From the sequence record MH383160.1: 64,000 bases of DNA; one strand, written 5' to 3'. The notes below the pieces were generated by a model. That model searched no databases. It was not told the origin of the DNA and saw only the letters and a program-made list of their open reading frames with translations. The translations under genes were made by a program, and so were the position numbers. Of this stretch, positions 1 through 12,329 are shown one piece after another. Position 1 is the first letter of the stretch; every line of letters starts with the position of its first letter.

Positions 1-619
1 ATATAGTACTAAAACATTTGAGTACTGTCAATTAGATAATATTATATTTCTTAAAATAAAATGCGTCCTGTGTTGGTTGATACTCAATGCCATTGCCGTT
101 ATTGACTTCAACTAATAAACCTTTGTCAATAAGTTTTTTAATAGTACGATACCCTTGTTGAAAATTGGTAAAATGTGAATCATTACGAAAGGTATAACCG
201 TGCTTAACTGCTTCATCAATAGTTTTCTTTTCGATTTTAGATAATTTCATTTTGTTTCTCCCGTGTTGGTATAGATATATAATACTAAAACATTTGAGTA
301 CTGTCAACGTGATATTAGTTTTATTTTCTTATTATACTGTTGATGCTCATAAAGGTTTATCTTTCCAGTATTCTCAATTACTATTCTGTTGTTGGTGTCC
401 ACGTCGATTACACGTAGTTTCCCGTTGCTTAACTTCCTAGGCAATAGGTTACCATTAATAAACTCATTAGCAAGCTGTACGGCCTTTGTGATGATTCTCT
501 GAGGTGCTTTATAGTGTACCCGTAAGATGTTATCTTTATATAGTTGAACCTTAATCATTTTGTTTGTCCTATAAAAAAGGCGGGAACTGATCCCGCCGTG
601 TTGTTAGTACTGCAAGTTA

Positions 620-1024
620 TTAGATAACCTGGCGGCGTTTACTGTATACTGTTACACGATTACCCTTACGATCATGTCGGATCTCTTTCTGGTTGCGAAT
701 CAGTTCACTTGGACGCTTAAGGTTTGCCAGGTGATCCGCGTGAGTCCATGCGGTGTGGTTTACCTGTACTTTGATATCAGAATCAGCGATAAACTCATCT
801 TGTGCATCAAGTATTGACGCCAGTAAATCCGCTCGTTTTAGTTCTGCTGCTGTTAGTACTGGCTCCGGTGAATTCACAATATCAGAGATCTCTTTGAACT
901 GTACGGCCCAGCGTTGACCTTTCGGTGCATCTTTGCCCATGTCTTTAAATGTTTCGCCTTCCTCGCGTGCAACAATACGGGCAGCTTCACGGGTAGCGTA
1001 AAATTTAGTAATCATGGTATACAT
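620..1024 (-). CDS. Early hypothetical protein, paralogue of 12330-12596
   Basis: Shares FxATRExARIxARxxGxTFKDMG...G.RWAV and (I/K)HDRKGNRVTVYS blocks with 12330-12596. Confidence 0.8.
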   Translation of the reverse strand: MYTMITKFYATREAARIVAREEGETFKDMGKDAPKGQRWAVQFKEISDIVNSPEPVLTAAELKRADLLASILDAQDEFIADSDIKVQVNHTAWTHADHLANLKRPSELIRNQKEIRHDRKGNRVTVYSKRRQVI

Positions 1025-2086
1025 CCTATTAGTTAAGTTAGTACTACAAGTTAGAGTCTATTATAAAGTACTATCTGGGCAATGTCAAATAGTACTTTAA
1101 ATGGATTCTATTACATGTCTTTCTTACGTTTTACATCGTGGTAGCGAACTGTTATTTCTTTGTTGATCTCTTCCTCGATGCGGTGAATAACTTTTTCTTT
1201 CGGGTTGAAACCTATAACGGTTTCTTTAATGATCTCCAAGCCCGTGTATTCGCCTTGTGTACCGTAACCGTATGTAAAGGTTTCGTGTCCCAGGTCTTCC
1301 CAGCGGTCGCCAATTAACGCAGACACGTAGCAAGAGTGGTAAGTATTGCCGTGTGAATCAGTCCACCGATTAACATTAATGTCAAAGGAGGTTACAATTT
1401 TCAGTTCCACTTTCTGGGCAAGGATCATAGCCATTTTTATTTCTCTCTCTTTGTTAGGAGGGGAACCGTTTCCCCTCACTTGATGTAAACTATTATACAG
1501 TACTAAGATACTTTGTCAATACTTATTTTTTGGAAAGTTTACGCATTAATTCTACGCTTTCTTGTGAACGTTTTGCTACCTGGCAAGCTGTATGGGTAGT
1601 AAACATTTTTGTATAGTCTGACGCTTTGCCACCGAACCGAGCGGCACGTTCACGGGCACTTGGAACTAATACTATTTCTTTCTTGCAGATAGTGCACTTA
1701 GCCATTTTTATTTCTCTCTTTTAGTTAGGAGGGGAACCATTCCCCTCGCTTGATGTAAACTATTATACAGTACTAAGATACTTTGTCAATACTTAATTAT
1801 TGTAAATGTCGTGAATAGTGATAAAGTTTTTACGACCGTAAACCTGCAAATCAGTATCAATAAAGTGCTTATCTAGTACATCCTCGACGCTTAACGCGGT
1901 GTCGTGGATATCTTCGTAGAATTGAGGATCTACAATCTTGCTTAAGTCATCCGGCGTTAACTTATCATTTAACCATTGAACCGCCTGGATATCTGCTTCA
2001 CGTTTCCAGTCTTCCAGGTTAGTAGTCAGTACTTGCTCGATTTCGTTAGCTGTCAGTAGAATCCGCATTTTTATGTTTCCTTATCA

Positions 2087-2260
2087 GTGGTTGATGTAAG
2101 TATTATACTCTTTTACTTTCTATTGTCAAACTATTTTATCAGGGGAGGTTTTCTTATGTCTTACTCCTGGACTACTTAACGGGGTTACTTGTTTCGTTCC
2201 CCGTCCTGATGTAAAACATTATACTTGATTCTAAGTACAATGCAAGTACTTTTTAAAAAT
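2087..2260 (-). repeat. ~175-bp dispersed repeat (copy 1): two tandem promoters flanking an ORF-less hairpin pair
   Basis: Aligns by eye with 12046-12225 (shared ttgtcaaactattttatcaggggag, ttactcctgg, ctacttaacgggg, ccccgtcctgatgtaaaacattatac). Confidence 0.85.
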
Positions 2261-3723
2261 AGTTTTCAGTACTAGCCACCAGCATATAATAGATACATTT
2301 ATGCACCCGGTGGGCTGAATTGTTTCTATGCGTATATAATAGCAAAGGGACTGACCGGAGTCAATCCCTTTTTCAAATATTTTTAAACTTCTTTCGGGTT
2401 GCGATATGTGATAGCGTTCGGGTACATTTGTTTAATGTTATTCCATGCCTGGTTAACATTGTAACCACTTGAGCGAATCAGTTGGTTACTACCGACACCT
2501 TGAAACACTACTTCGAATAAGAATTCTTTCATGCTTTCACCTCGCGATCTGCTTTACCTTTACGCCAGGACATTACTAATTGTTCGCGTTGCCATAAGTC
2601 GAGTGATACAAAAAGTTTTGCGGTATCACTTTTAGGATACTCTCCAGTAGTACCTAACCGATAAAACAGATCTTTCAGTACTGATAATTCTACTTGAATC
2701 ATTTTATTACTCCTGATTGCGTTAATACTTCTACAATTGCATGAATGATCATAAGTACAGCTAAAACAATAATCATCGGATTCATTTGCATAAGCTGTAC
2801 TCCTTCTATTAATCTTTCAGCCAATGATCTTGAATGAATTTTTCACAGAATCCCTGTTTCATGGATTCTAACAGGCGTTCGCGGTGAGCGGCGGCATATT
2901 GCTCAGTACTATGCGTTACGCCAGGCTGATAACGTGATACCCCATCCGGTCCGATGTATTGTACATCCCACGGTTTTTCGTTAGTATCAGACCATTTACG
3001 AACGATTAGTTGACCTTGCATTTTTCTTTCCTCTCAGTGGGGAGAATCATTTCTCCCCTTCATGTAAACTATTATACAGTACTGGGTTGCATTGTCAATA
3101 GTTTTTATTCACCTTGTTTGAATTTAGTTTTCTGCATTGATTCCATGATTGCAACCAATACGCCGTGGATCTCGCTTAACGCGGAATCACTAAAAGCATT
3201 AATGAATAGTCGATCATTCTCGCGAATATTTTTAATGTACTTTTCAGCAGTAGTTGCGAATTCATTCAACGGTAGATCAAATGCTTTATCCCATGATGGA
3301 TGGCGTAATTGTAACAGTACTGGATTATCACGATCACCAGGGGAAAACGTACCAGTGATGAAACATACGCCCGGAATACTTTCGAACTGGCAACGGACTT
3401 CCTTTGTGATAGTAGTATGAATGTACATTTATTGTTATCCTCTATTAAATTAATATTACAGTTTATGAATCAATTCTTTATCTAAGCGATAGCGTACATT
3501 ATTAATAGTAACGGCATTGTTTTTAATGCTACGCTGTACAGGTCCACCAGCAATAACAAATGTTGCTTTATTGCCCCGAACAATGATAGCACTTCCAGGA
3601 TTACCGAAATCATCTTGTACTAAAATACTTGATAAGTTTTCCATTTTTTATTTCCTCTTAGTAGGGGAAGATGTTTCCCCTTGATGCAAGTACTATAACA
3701 GTACTGAAAACTAAATGCAAGTA

Positions 3724-4080
3724 CTATGATAAAATCATGATAGGATATTCACTATCGATCAGTACCTCGAATCCGAAACCTTCGTACCATTCTTTAAGAT
3801 TAAAGGCGTTATCTTCTCCCGTATCGCATTCTAAAATGATACAATCTGAATCATCGGCGGCATCAATAAAGGCATTCATTAATTCGTTACCTTCACCATT
3901 GCCCCGACTATCAGGATCAACATAAAGAGAATCAATAAACGCTACACGGTCATAATCAAGATCCGGTGCAATGATTCCACGTTTAACAAACCAGTACTGC
4001 AATTGTGCTACTTTGCCCTGTACTTGATAGCCAGTGATCTCGCCATTGTCAGTAGTACGCGTGATATGTTGTATTCCCAT
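3724..4080 (-). CDS. GNAT-family acetyltransferase
   Basis: Acetyl-CoA motif A (FIDSLYVDPDSRGNGEGNELM) and motif B (NLKEWYEGFGF). Confidence 0.85.
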   Translation of the reverse strand: MGIQHITRTTDNGEITGYQVQGKVAQLQYWFVKRGIIAPDLDYDRVAFIDSLYVDPDSRGNGEGNELMNAFIDAADDSDCIILECDTGEDNAFNLKEWYEGFGFEVLIDSEYPIMILS

Positions 4081-4143
4081 GATTTCAATCCTCAGTTAAG
4101 ATATAAAATATTATAAACTATCTTTCAGTACTGTCAATACTTT

Positions 4144-4401
4144 TTATCTCATAGATCTATGCCAACAATTACGCGGATCTCTTTTAAAAGTACTATCATG
4201 ATCCTCCTGGCAAGTAATACAATACATGCACCCTATAACGGCCTGGCGTCGATTCTCAGGAATTTTATCGCCGCAGTCGAGGCAATGTACCAGTGATTCT
4301 CTTTGTGCGTTAATTTGCTTTCTAGCGTGGTTAACGGCGGCCTGAATCACTGCGTTAATCTCGTCTTGTTCGGCCCCATCTTTCGCGAATCCTACAGCCA
4401 T
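4144..4401 (-). CDS. TraR/DksA-family C4 zinc-finger protein (YbiI-like)
   Basis: N-terminal helix with acidic D..EQDE residues followed by CLDCGDKIPENRRQAVIGCMYCITCQE. Confidence 0.9.
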   Translation of the reverse strand: MAVGFAKDGAEQDEINAVIQAAVNHARKQINAQRESLVHCLDCGDKIPENRRQAVIGCMYCITCQEDHDSTFKRDPRNCWHRSMR

Positions 4402-4732
4402 TATTTTAACCTCATTATAAAAATACTATAGTACTGTAATGCGACAATAATATTACTTGTTCTTACTTTTTCCAATCCACATGATACCACATATTCATCC
4501 CCATATGTGCGGAACGATACACCATGAAAATTTTTATACACTTGCACTACTAATCATAACCTTTCGTCTAACCAACTGCATAGAATTATACTACTTTACG
4601 CAAATTGATCAAGTATTGATCAGATCATTTTTTGATCAATATTATACAGTTACATTTGTGCACCCTATGGGTTAGTGACGTTCTCGTCTTGATGTAAGTA
4701 TTATGCCAGTACTGGATGATATTGTCAATAGT

Positions 4733-7700
4733 TTATTTTAATTTTTTTCTGTCATTGATTAATGCTTTCAGTACTATACTAATGATTTGCAATGATTCAT
4801 CAATGACTATAAAATTATTTTCTTTCATTAGATGATAGTTACCATTGATTGTATATTCTAAGGAGTACTGTTTACGTTTAATTTTTGATAATGTTTCTAT
4901 TTGTTTTTGTACTGATTTCATGCTAATCATTGTTAAACGTCCTGTAACGCATTCTAACGAGATAAACGGTTGAGTACTGGCATTGTATAGGGTAATGAAT
5001 TAAAGCCCACCAGCGTTAACCAGTGGGCTATAATCTTACATCTTGCGGATAATCTTAACAGTATCTTTCACCGATTTACCGTCTTGCTGACATTGCTCGA
5101 TCATTGCGTATTGTTCTGCGGTCAGATCCTCGCCAGTTTTTGCCAGTACTGCGTCGATGAATGAATCCAGTGCGATCATTTTGTTTCTCTCTTAGGTTAA
5201 GTTAACTACTGTTGATAAAACTTATTATACAGTACTATCAAACTATGTCAATAACTTTAATAGTACTGGTAATATATTTTAGCGGTAGTCGTCGTATGCT
5301 TTATTCACCTGGCGAATGTAACTTTCAAAGGCTTCGTCTACCGTTTCATACTCCCGAACATAATCACCATAGGAAACTACATACATACCTTTTTGATCTT
5401 CAAACGTCATGATGATAGAATCCAGACCAACGATTTCAGTTTTTGCGATGATAGCCATTTTTTAATTCCTTAGTAGTGTAGTTGATAAAACTTATTATGC
5501 CAGTACTATCAAACTATGTCAATAGCACTGTGATAATATTTTTAGTTAATAATAGTCAGTGTAAAATTGTAATCCCCTGCCTGGTATAGTACTTTATCGC
5601 CGAACGTGCCGACACGTTTCATATTGCAATAGATACCCATAACACTTTTTACATCTTTGATATTCCGAACGCCTGTAATATCTTTATTAAAATAATCGTG
5701 GTCAGAAAATAAAACTTGTTTTGCATTTTTCAGTACAGTGCGGATATTAGCCATTTTGTTTTCTCTCTGTTAGTGGGGAGAACTATTCTCCCCTTGATGT
5801 AAACTATTATACAGTACTATAATCTATTGTCAAACTATTTTTTTATATTATTCGAAATCTTCTGGACCGGACTGATAATCATCTTCACCGTATGCACTTT
5901 CTAACCGCTCACCAGTGTAATCATCAGTTAAGCTATCATCCTCATAGTTCACGTCTACGCCTGTGATGTAAAACTGGCTATCGTCTGGATCATTGAAATT
6001 AATTTTTTGGATGTTTACAATAACTGTATTGATGCCCAGGACACCGCCATCAGCCGTTACAAAGTACTGATAGTTTTCACAACCGCCTGAATTGAAACCG
6101 TAATTAATTTCGGCCCGACCATCATTTAAACGCAGTGCCTGGGCAATGATTTCATTTTCAAAGTTAGATTGAGCAATTGAGATAGTCATGATTCGTTTCC
6201 TTATTACCAGGGGAAACCGTTTCCCCTTGCGATGTAAAACATTATACGCTTATTGAGATAGTTTGCAAGTACTTTTTAAAAATAGTTTTCAGTACTCAAA
6301 CATTATACAATAGATACACTCCTGCACCCTGTGGGCTAGTGAGCTATCTCTCAATGAATATATAATAGCAAACTGGCTGACCGAAGTCAACCACTTTTTC
6401 ATTTATTTTTAGCTTTTAGAATCGCCGCCTTTCGCGTCATGCCTTGCTTGATGTACTCATTTACTTTCGCTTTTTTAGCGTTTACCTTGTCTGCTTTCGT
6501 TTTAGGAGTACTGTAAATTATACCGTTAGGATTCATTTAAATCACCATAAAGAATAGATAGGTTACTAACAATGCCGCGATCATTGCACCGACCAGGGCC
6601 GAACTGTAATAAGCTAATGATTTCATTTTTTAGCCTGAAAATAATGTTTAATTTGAGCGGCGGTCAGTGCACAATTACGCAGGAAGTTTTCTGTATAACT
6701 GCGTCGAGTACTGAAAGAAAATTGACCTTTACCGTTCCCGATAGTAACATCAAACCGAGCATTATATTGTTTCATTTTGTTTCTCCTGTTCTTGGGGAGA
6801 ATCATTTCTCCCCTTCATGTAAACTATTATACAGTACTAAAAACTAATTGCAAGTATTATTTTTTAGATTTACGTAAACTTTCTACCATCTCAGGAGTAA
6901 GCCCCAGCGGGTAGGAAACCACTTCATCCACAAAACGCAAAGGGAATACCCCATCTAAAGTTGAACGTGCTTTCTTATTAGTACTCTTTTTTGATGCTTT
7001 CATTTCATATTCCTTAATTAGTGGGGAGAACTATTTCTCCACTTCATGTAAACTATTATACAGTACTAAAAACTAATTGCAAGTATTATTTTCTAAAAAA
7101 TGTTTGTATGCTGAATCAACCACTCTTTCGATAACATACGCTAACGGCACGTATCCAACTACATGACTACAATAAAAAGGACTACGATTAGAATCATCGT
7201 ATGCAAATACTTTTTCAGGATCTGCATCAATCACATACATATTAACCTTTAAGATGTCGATCTTATCCTGTACAGTAAGCATATTAATTAACCTTTTAAG
7301 TACTGGCTTAAGTAGTCTTTTTGATCTTCGGTGATTGCAGTCATCTTCCCTAGTACTGGGTTGATGATATAATCCCCTGTAACGTCCTGTGACGCATTCT
7401 CAGGGTGTTTAACGGCTGGGGTAGCCATAGCCATTGCCTGGACTTGTTCGACGCTGTAACGCTCATAAAGGCGGCATTCTTCCGGTGTTAACATAGCATC
7501 AGTACGCTTCATCGGTTTAATGATGCTTTCGATCTCATTCAGTACTTGATTAACGTTCATGGTATAATCCCCAATATAAGCGGCCTAAAACGACCGCTAA
7601 CGATGTTTTGATTAATAGGTGTAAGGTTGACGCTCAAACAATGATTGCACGTTGTACGCCCCGCTAATGGGCTTTGCTGGCAAATCGATTTTATATTGTT

Positions 7701-8417
7701 CACGCTTAAAGATAATAAAACGGCAATTGTTTTTAACATCAAAATTGATTGAACGTTCCAGGAGTTTTCCATCGTGCACAAATACAAGATAACCGCTTGG
7801 TACTTGTTTTGTAGTACTGGTTGCAACCATAGACCGACGAACATGAGTACCTGCATCGATTAAAGTACTGATATTTTTCATTTTAGTTTCCTTAGTTGTC
7901 TTGATAAAATCTATTATGCCAGTACTATCAAACTATGTCAATAGTACTGTGATAATATTTTTACTTACTTTTTGCTTTCTTAATTGCTTCCACCTGGTCG
8001 GCCCATTCTTTACCCCATACTTGTAAATTATAATGGTACTGGCAAAGAGCAACGCCCCGCTTTAAACCAGTAATAGATTTTTTACCACATTGACAAGTTT
8101 TCATATTAGTTTCCTTGTAGTGGGGAGAATCATTTCTCCCCTTGATGTAATGTATTATACTTTATTCGATTTACTTTGCAAGTACTTTTTTAATTTAATT
8201 CATCCAGGCAAAGGATACGCTCAACGCCCAAATCAGTTAAACTAATGGTCGGCACTTGATAGGTTTCAATGTATGCTACAGTTGCCCACTGACCGAACTC
8301 ATTAACGGCCCAGGTATTCATTGCATTTTGCAATTCCGCACCTGCCTTGTTAGTAATGACTGCAACTACTTGTTCGTTGCCAGTAGTACCAGATACGCGA
8401 GTAATGATAATAGCCAT
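4733..8417 (-). other. Cluster of small early hypothetical CDSs: 4733-4930, 5036-5179 (47 aa, not in ORF track), 5542-5754, 7073-7282, 7288-7560, 7612-7881, 8190-8417
   Basis: ORFs with RBS, most behind a cassette promoter; 5036-5179 translated by hand (MIALDSFIDAVLAKTGEDL...). Confidence 0.7.
5848..6189 (-). CDS. Acidic early protein
   Basis: 113 aa with a strongly D/E-rich C-terminal half (DVNYEDDSLTDDYTGERLESAYGEDD...EDFE); own promoter and RBS. Confidence 0.75.
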   Translation of the reverse strand: MTISIAQSNFENEIIAQALRLNDGRAEINYGFNSGGCENYQYFVTADGGVLGINTVIVNIQKINFNDPDDSQFYITGVDVNYEDDSLTDDYTGERLESAYGEDDYQSGPEDFE

Positions 8418-8654
8418 TGTTTTGATTCCTTTGATTTGGAAGGAGAACCGTTTTCCCCTCTCGATGTAAAACATTATACGCTAATCTATTAATCATGCAA
8501 GTACTTTTTATTACTTTTTGCAAAATACTTTAAACGCTCTCAATCGCATTCTAACGACCTTAACGCCACCAGCTAGGGCGATGTATCAGATAATCAGTTT
8601 AATGCGTTAGAATCGATTATAGGCGGTGCTAGTGGACTGGAATACTATAGACAC

Positions 8655-8692
8655 AAAAAAGCCCACTGTTTAAGGTGGGCTATTGATTCAGT
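8655..8692 (-). terminator. Intrinsic terminator, near-identical copy at 9391-9420
   Basis: AAAAAAGCCCAC-tgtttaag-GTGGGCT hairpin with U-tract on the minus strand, downstream of 8703-9185 and 9435-9734. Confidence 0.8.
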
Positions 8693-8702
8693 ACTTTAAT
8701 TG

Positions 8703-9185
8703 TTATGCTTCAACTTTGCGATGAGCTTCGATCCATTCCTCGCGAGTCATACCGCTTTCTTTGATAGCGTCCAGTACTACCGCAATGCAGTTACCGCGTA
8801 CAGGAATCAAATGTTCTTCACCGTTATCAAGTACTACAGTAACACGTTCTTGAATCCATTTTTTAGGTTTAGATTCTGGCTTATCTTCACCATACTTAAC
8901 CGCCAGGGCTTTATGTGCCATTTCTACAACTACTTCCAGATCCAATCCAGACACTGCCGCCTGGATACTGTCAATTGTTGCTTGCAGTTCGGCTTCACGG
9001 GCTTTTTTCTGTTCTTCCAGTTCTGCTACCTTTTTGGCTTGTAATTCTTTCGCTTCACTGTACGCAATGTTAAAATTGTTGCGTACTGCTTTCATGGTAT
9101 CGTTATCCAGGTCAGCCAGCAATTCAGCAGCAATAACAGTATCGTTTGAAATCAGTGCTTTCAGGAATGATTTTACATTAGCCAT
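8703..9185 (-). CDS. H-NS/StpA-like nucleoid protein with a divergent DNA-binding loop
   Basis: N-terminal coiled coil (ELQAKKVAELEEQKKAREAELQ), basic linker, and a C-terminal domain VLDNGEEHLIPVRGNCIAVVLDAIKESGMTREEW that aligns by eye with the H-NS C-terminal domain. Confidence 0.6.
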   Translation of the reverse strand: MANVKSFLKALISNDTVIAAELLADLDNDTMKAVRNNFNIAYSEAKELQAKKVAELEEQKKAREAELQATIDSIQAAVSGLDLEVVVEMAHKALAVKYGEDKPESKPKKWIQERVTVVLDNGEEHLIPVRGNCIAVVLDAIKESGMTREEWIEAHRKVEA

Positions 9186-9434
9186 TTTATAAATCCTCAA
9201 TTAAAGTTTAGTTTACGTTTATTAGTGTATCAAAGTTTTTTTGACGTGTCCAGTTTTTCGTTCGACTTACTGGCGGTCTACTTAGTGCTCCCCGTCTTGA
9301 TGTAATACATTCTACGCCTTTTTGCGGTATTGTCAACTACTTTTTTAAAACTATTTTCAAAGTATCTCAGTACTACAATACTACAAAAATAAAAAAGCCC
9401 ACTGTTTAAGGTGGGCTAGTGATTCAGTACTATA

Positions 9435-9734
9435 TTATAAACAGTTAATTACTCCGGTGTGCGTTACTTTCTCAGTATCCATAACCGTGACCGATCCACG
9501 CTTAGTACTTGCATCATAATAAATTGTTGTGCTACCGTTTTCGTCTTCTTCATGGAACGGGCCGTTTTTAAATGCTTCTGGTTGGATCTCTAAATCCTTT
9601 AAAACAATCTCGCCCGTACTTTCATTGGTCATCGCAACAGTGCACTGAATGAATTTTTCACTACTCACATCTAACGACGCATTAACAGCGAAAGAGGAAA
9701 CAGATAAAGCCAGGGCGATGATTGCAATTTTCAT
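9435..9734 (-). CDS. Exported protein with signal peptide and a terminal Cys pair
   Basis: MKIAIIALALSVSSFAVNA signal peptide; Cys near the mature N-terminus and at the C-terminus. Confidence 0.75.
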   Translation of the reverse strand: MKIAIIALALSVSSFAVNASLDVSSEKFIQCTVAMTNESTGEIVLKDLEIQPEAFKNGPFHEEDENGSTTIYYDASTKRGSVTVMDTEKVTHTGVINCL

Positions 9735-12045
9735 TTGATTATCCTTAGTTACTAGGGGGAACCTCTCCCCCGTGCTATGTAAAATATTATACAGTACTAA
9801 AAACTAATTGCAAGTACTTTATGATTTTTTATAAAACATTTCGGCAGTGATATTTTTACCCGTTGGTTGTACTTTATCCAGAATTTTTTGATGCCCAGGC
9901 CGTCCAAATGAATATGATCCGTAAACCGTAAACCAGTAGTTACCCTCAGTGTTTACATGTACAGCACAATAGGGAACGCCCCGCGATTCATCACTAGTAA
10001 AGTGTGCTACCGTTCCCGTTACATTCGAAGTCGTTGATTTGATTTGTTCAAGCATTTTCTTATTCCTTAGTTACCAGGGGAACCGCTCCCCCTATGCAAA
10101 ACATTATACGCGTTTAAAAACTAATAGCAAGTATTTTAATAAAAAGTATTTGAAAAATAATTGTTGACAACTGCATCCAGTACTGGCATAATACTTATAT
10201 AAAGACGATACAGTCACTAACCCACAGGGTGCCGAGATCCGTCTATTAAATGATTCAGTACTGAAAAAGTAACGGGGAGTTATTATCTCCCCGCGTTGTT
10301 ATTTGGTAAGGTATAAACAGAAGTCACCTTTATTTGCTACGCCGCCAGTGTAACGCGATGAATAGTTAGAAATATCTTGTACTTCTGCTATTACCAGTGT
10401 ATCATCATTCATTTCGTCGCAGAAGCAAACGGCTGGATCTTTAACGCCGATATTGTCGGCATGTTCCCGCATAGATTTAACCAGTGCTTCCAGTTGAGAA
10501 AGAGTAGTGATATTAGCCATTGTATTTTCCTCATTACCAGGGAGAACCATTTCTCCCCTCTATGTAAAACATTATACAGTACTAAAAACTAATTGCAAGT
10601 ACTTTTTAATTAAATTCCATAAAATCATTCTCAACGTGCACAACAATCTGATTATTTTTAAAGTCCGCAGAAAACTCAATACAATCATATACTGCTTTTT
10701 CTGTTACCATACTATGAGTACCAATCGGATTAATAGGGGATTGAATTGTTTCAATCTCGTTACCTTGTTCATTAACAATTAAAATATTAAACATAACTTT
10801 TACTCCTGATAGTGTTTACCTGATATAAAGTATTATACGCCTTTATTGCTTAGTGTCCAGTACTTTTTAAAACATAATCAAAGACACTTCTCACATCATT
10901 GATCATCGCCTGGCGGTTAGCAGGTAAAGCATCAGGATCACCACTATCCCAAGCCTGTATGAAGCCTCCAAGCTCTGAATAAACTTTATTACGCAATCCG
11001 ATTAACTGTAATTCTTTTTCTTCAAGCTCTTTGATACGTTCAATTAAATCACTCATTAGATAATCCTTAGTACTTAACTGTAAGATCCGCAACGGTCGCA
11101 GTAGTGCCCGTCTTCCTCGTCATCGTCAACGAATTGCCCGACGAAATGATCTACTTTCGCTTTCAGGTTATTATAATCGTTTTCTACTTCCTTTAATCGT
11201 TCCTGGTAGTATTCCAGTGCCTCAAGATACGCCGCCTCAGCAGTTTTTGCACGCATAGCTAAATTCATGCCACGCGATTCATCATAAAGCCAATAACCAT
11301 CAGTGCACTGGCTAATAGATAATGACTTGCTTAATACTGTATAGCTAATTACTTTGCTCATTAGATATTCCTCAGTAAAGGCGGGAACCATTCCCCGCCA
11401 TTATCTCAGTACTAAATTAATATGCGATTGATTCTACTACGCCATCAATAACATTGAATTGATACTCGTTACCCTCGATCAGTGCCGTGATGTTCTCAGT
11501 AGTGAATTGATCCTCATATGCATTCTCTAAATCACGGTACAACTTGCGGGATAATTCACGAATAGTTTCAGTGAGTAGTTCCTCAAGCTCATTAACTAAC
11601 GTTTCTTGTTTTGCGGTTAAATCAGTGTAAGCCGATTCAATGTACCCGCTTACAGTATTCTCATGCGAGTAGTGGGAGTGAGAACGCTTTACACTCATCG
11701 GCAAATCATCTTCATTCAGCAGGTGACGGATTGAGCGATACTTAGTTAATGCTCTTACCTTGCGTAAAAACTTCACTGCGTCAACGTGGTCAGTACTGAT
11801 TGATGCACCGTCACCTTGCGACCAAAAACCACTGAATCGTAAATCTGCGTCATTAATGCCATATTCCGGTAGTACTGTTTCTTTATAGTATTCAATTTCA
11901 CTTTCAGAAAAATAATCATCGTTTAAGTTTTTTTCACGTTCCCGAACCAGTTCGATAGCTGACGTTTGTTGTTCTGCGTTCAATTCAGAAAAAGCCATAA
12001 CATAAGTAGTAGTAGTGATAGTTTTCATTTTGTAACCCTCATTCA

Positions 12046-12225
12046 GTAGTTGATGTAAGTATTATACGCTTTTAAAAACAATTGTCAAACTATTTTATCA
12101 GGGGAGTTTTTCGTGTGCCTTACTCCTGGGCTACTTAACGGGGAGTTACTTATTTCGTCCCCCGTCCTGATGTAAAACATTATACGCCTTTAAACATAGT
12201 TTGCAAGTACTTTTTGAAAAATAGT
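12046..12225 (-). repeat. ~175-bp dispersed repeat (copy 2)
   Basis: See 2087-2260. Confidence 0.85.
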
Positions 12226-12329
12226 TTTTAATCACTTTTATATAGATACACTCCCGCACCCTATGGGCTATCGCCTTGTGTCCGGCTTGTAAGTATTATC
12301 TCACTAAGCCGGATAATGGTCAAGTACTT

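Larger units (their letters stand above)
32..3644 (-). other. Cluster of small early hypothetical CDSs: 32-250, 304-558, 1111-1434, 1523-1705 (CxxC/HxxC, possible Zn-binding), 1793-2068, 2809-3021, 3105-3428, 3456-3644
   Basis: ORF track with starts trimmed to the ATG after an AGGA/GAGG RBS; most have their own TTGACA/TTGCAA-16/17-TATAAT promoter. No recognisable family. Confidence 0.75.

Noticed and set aside
3037-3062. Early hairpins as N4-type virion RNAP hairpin promoters
   Set aside because: They lie downstream of canonical sigma70 -35/-10 boxes, so they are transcribed leader elements, and loop sequences vary.
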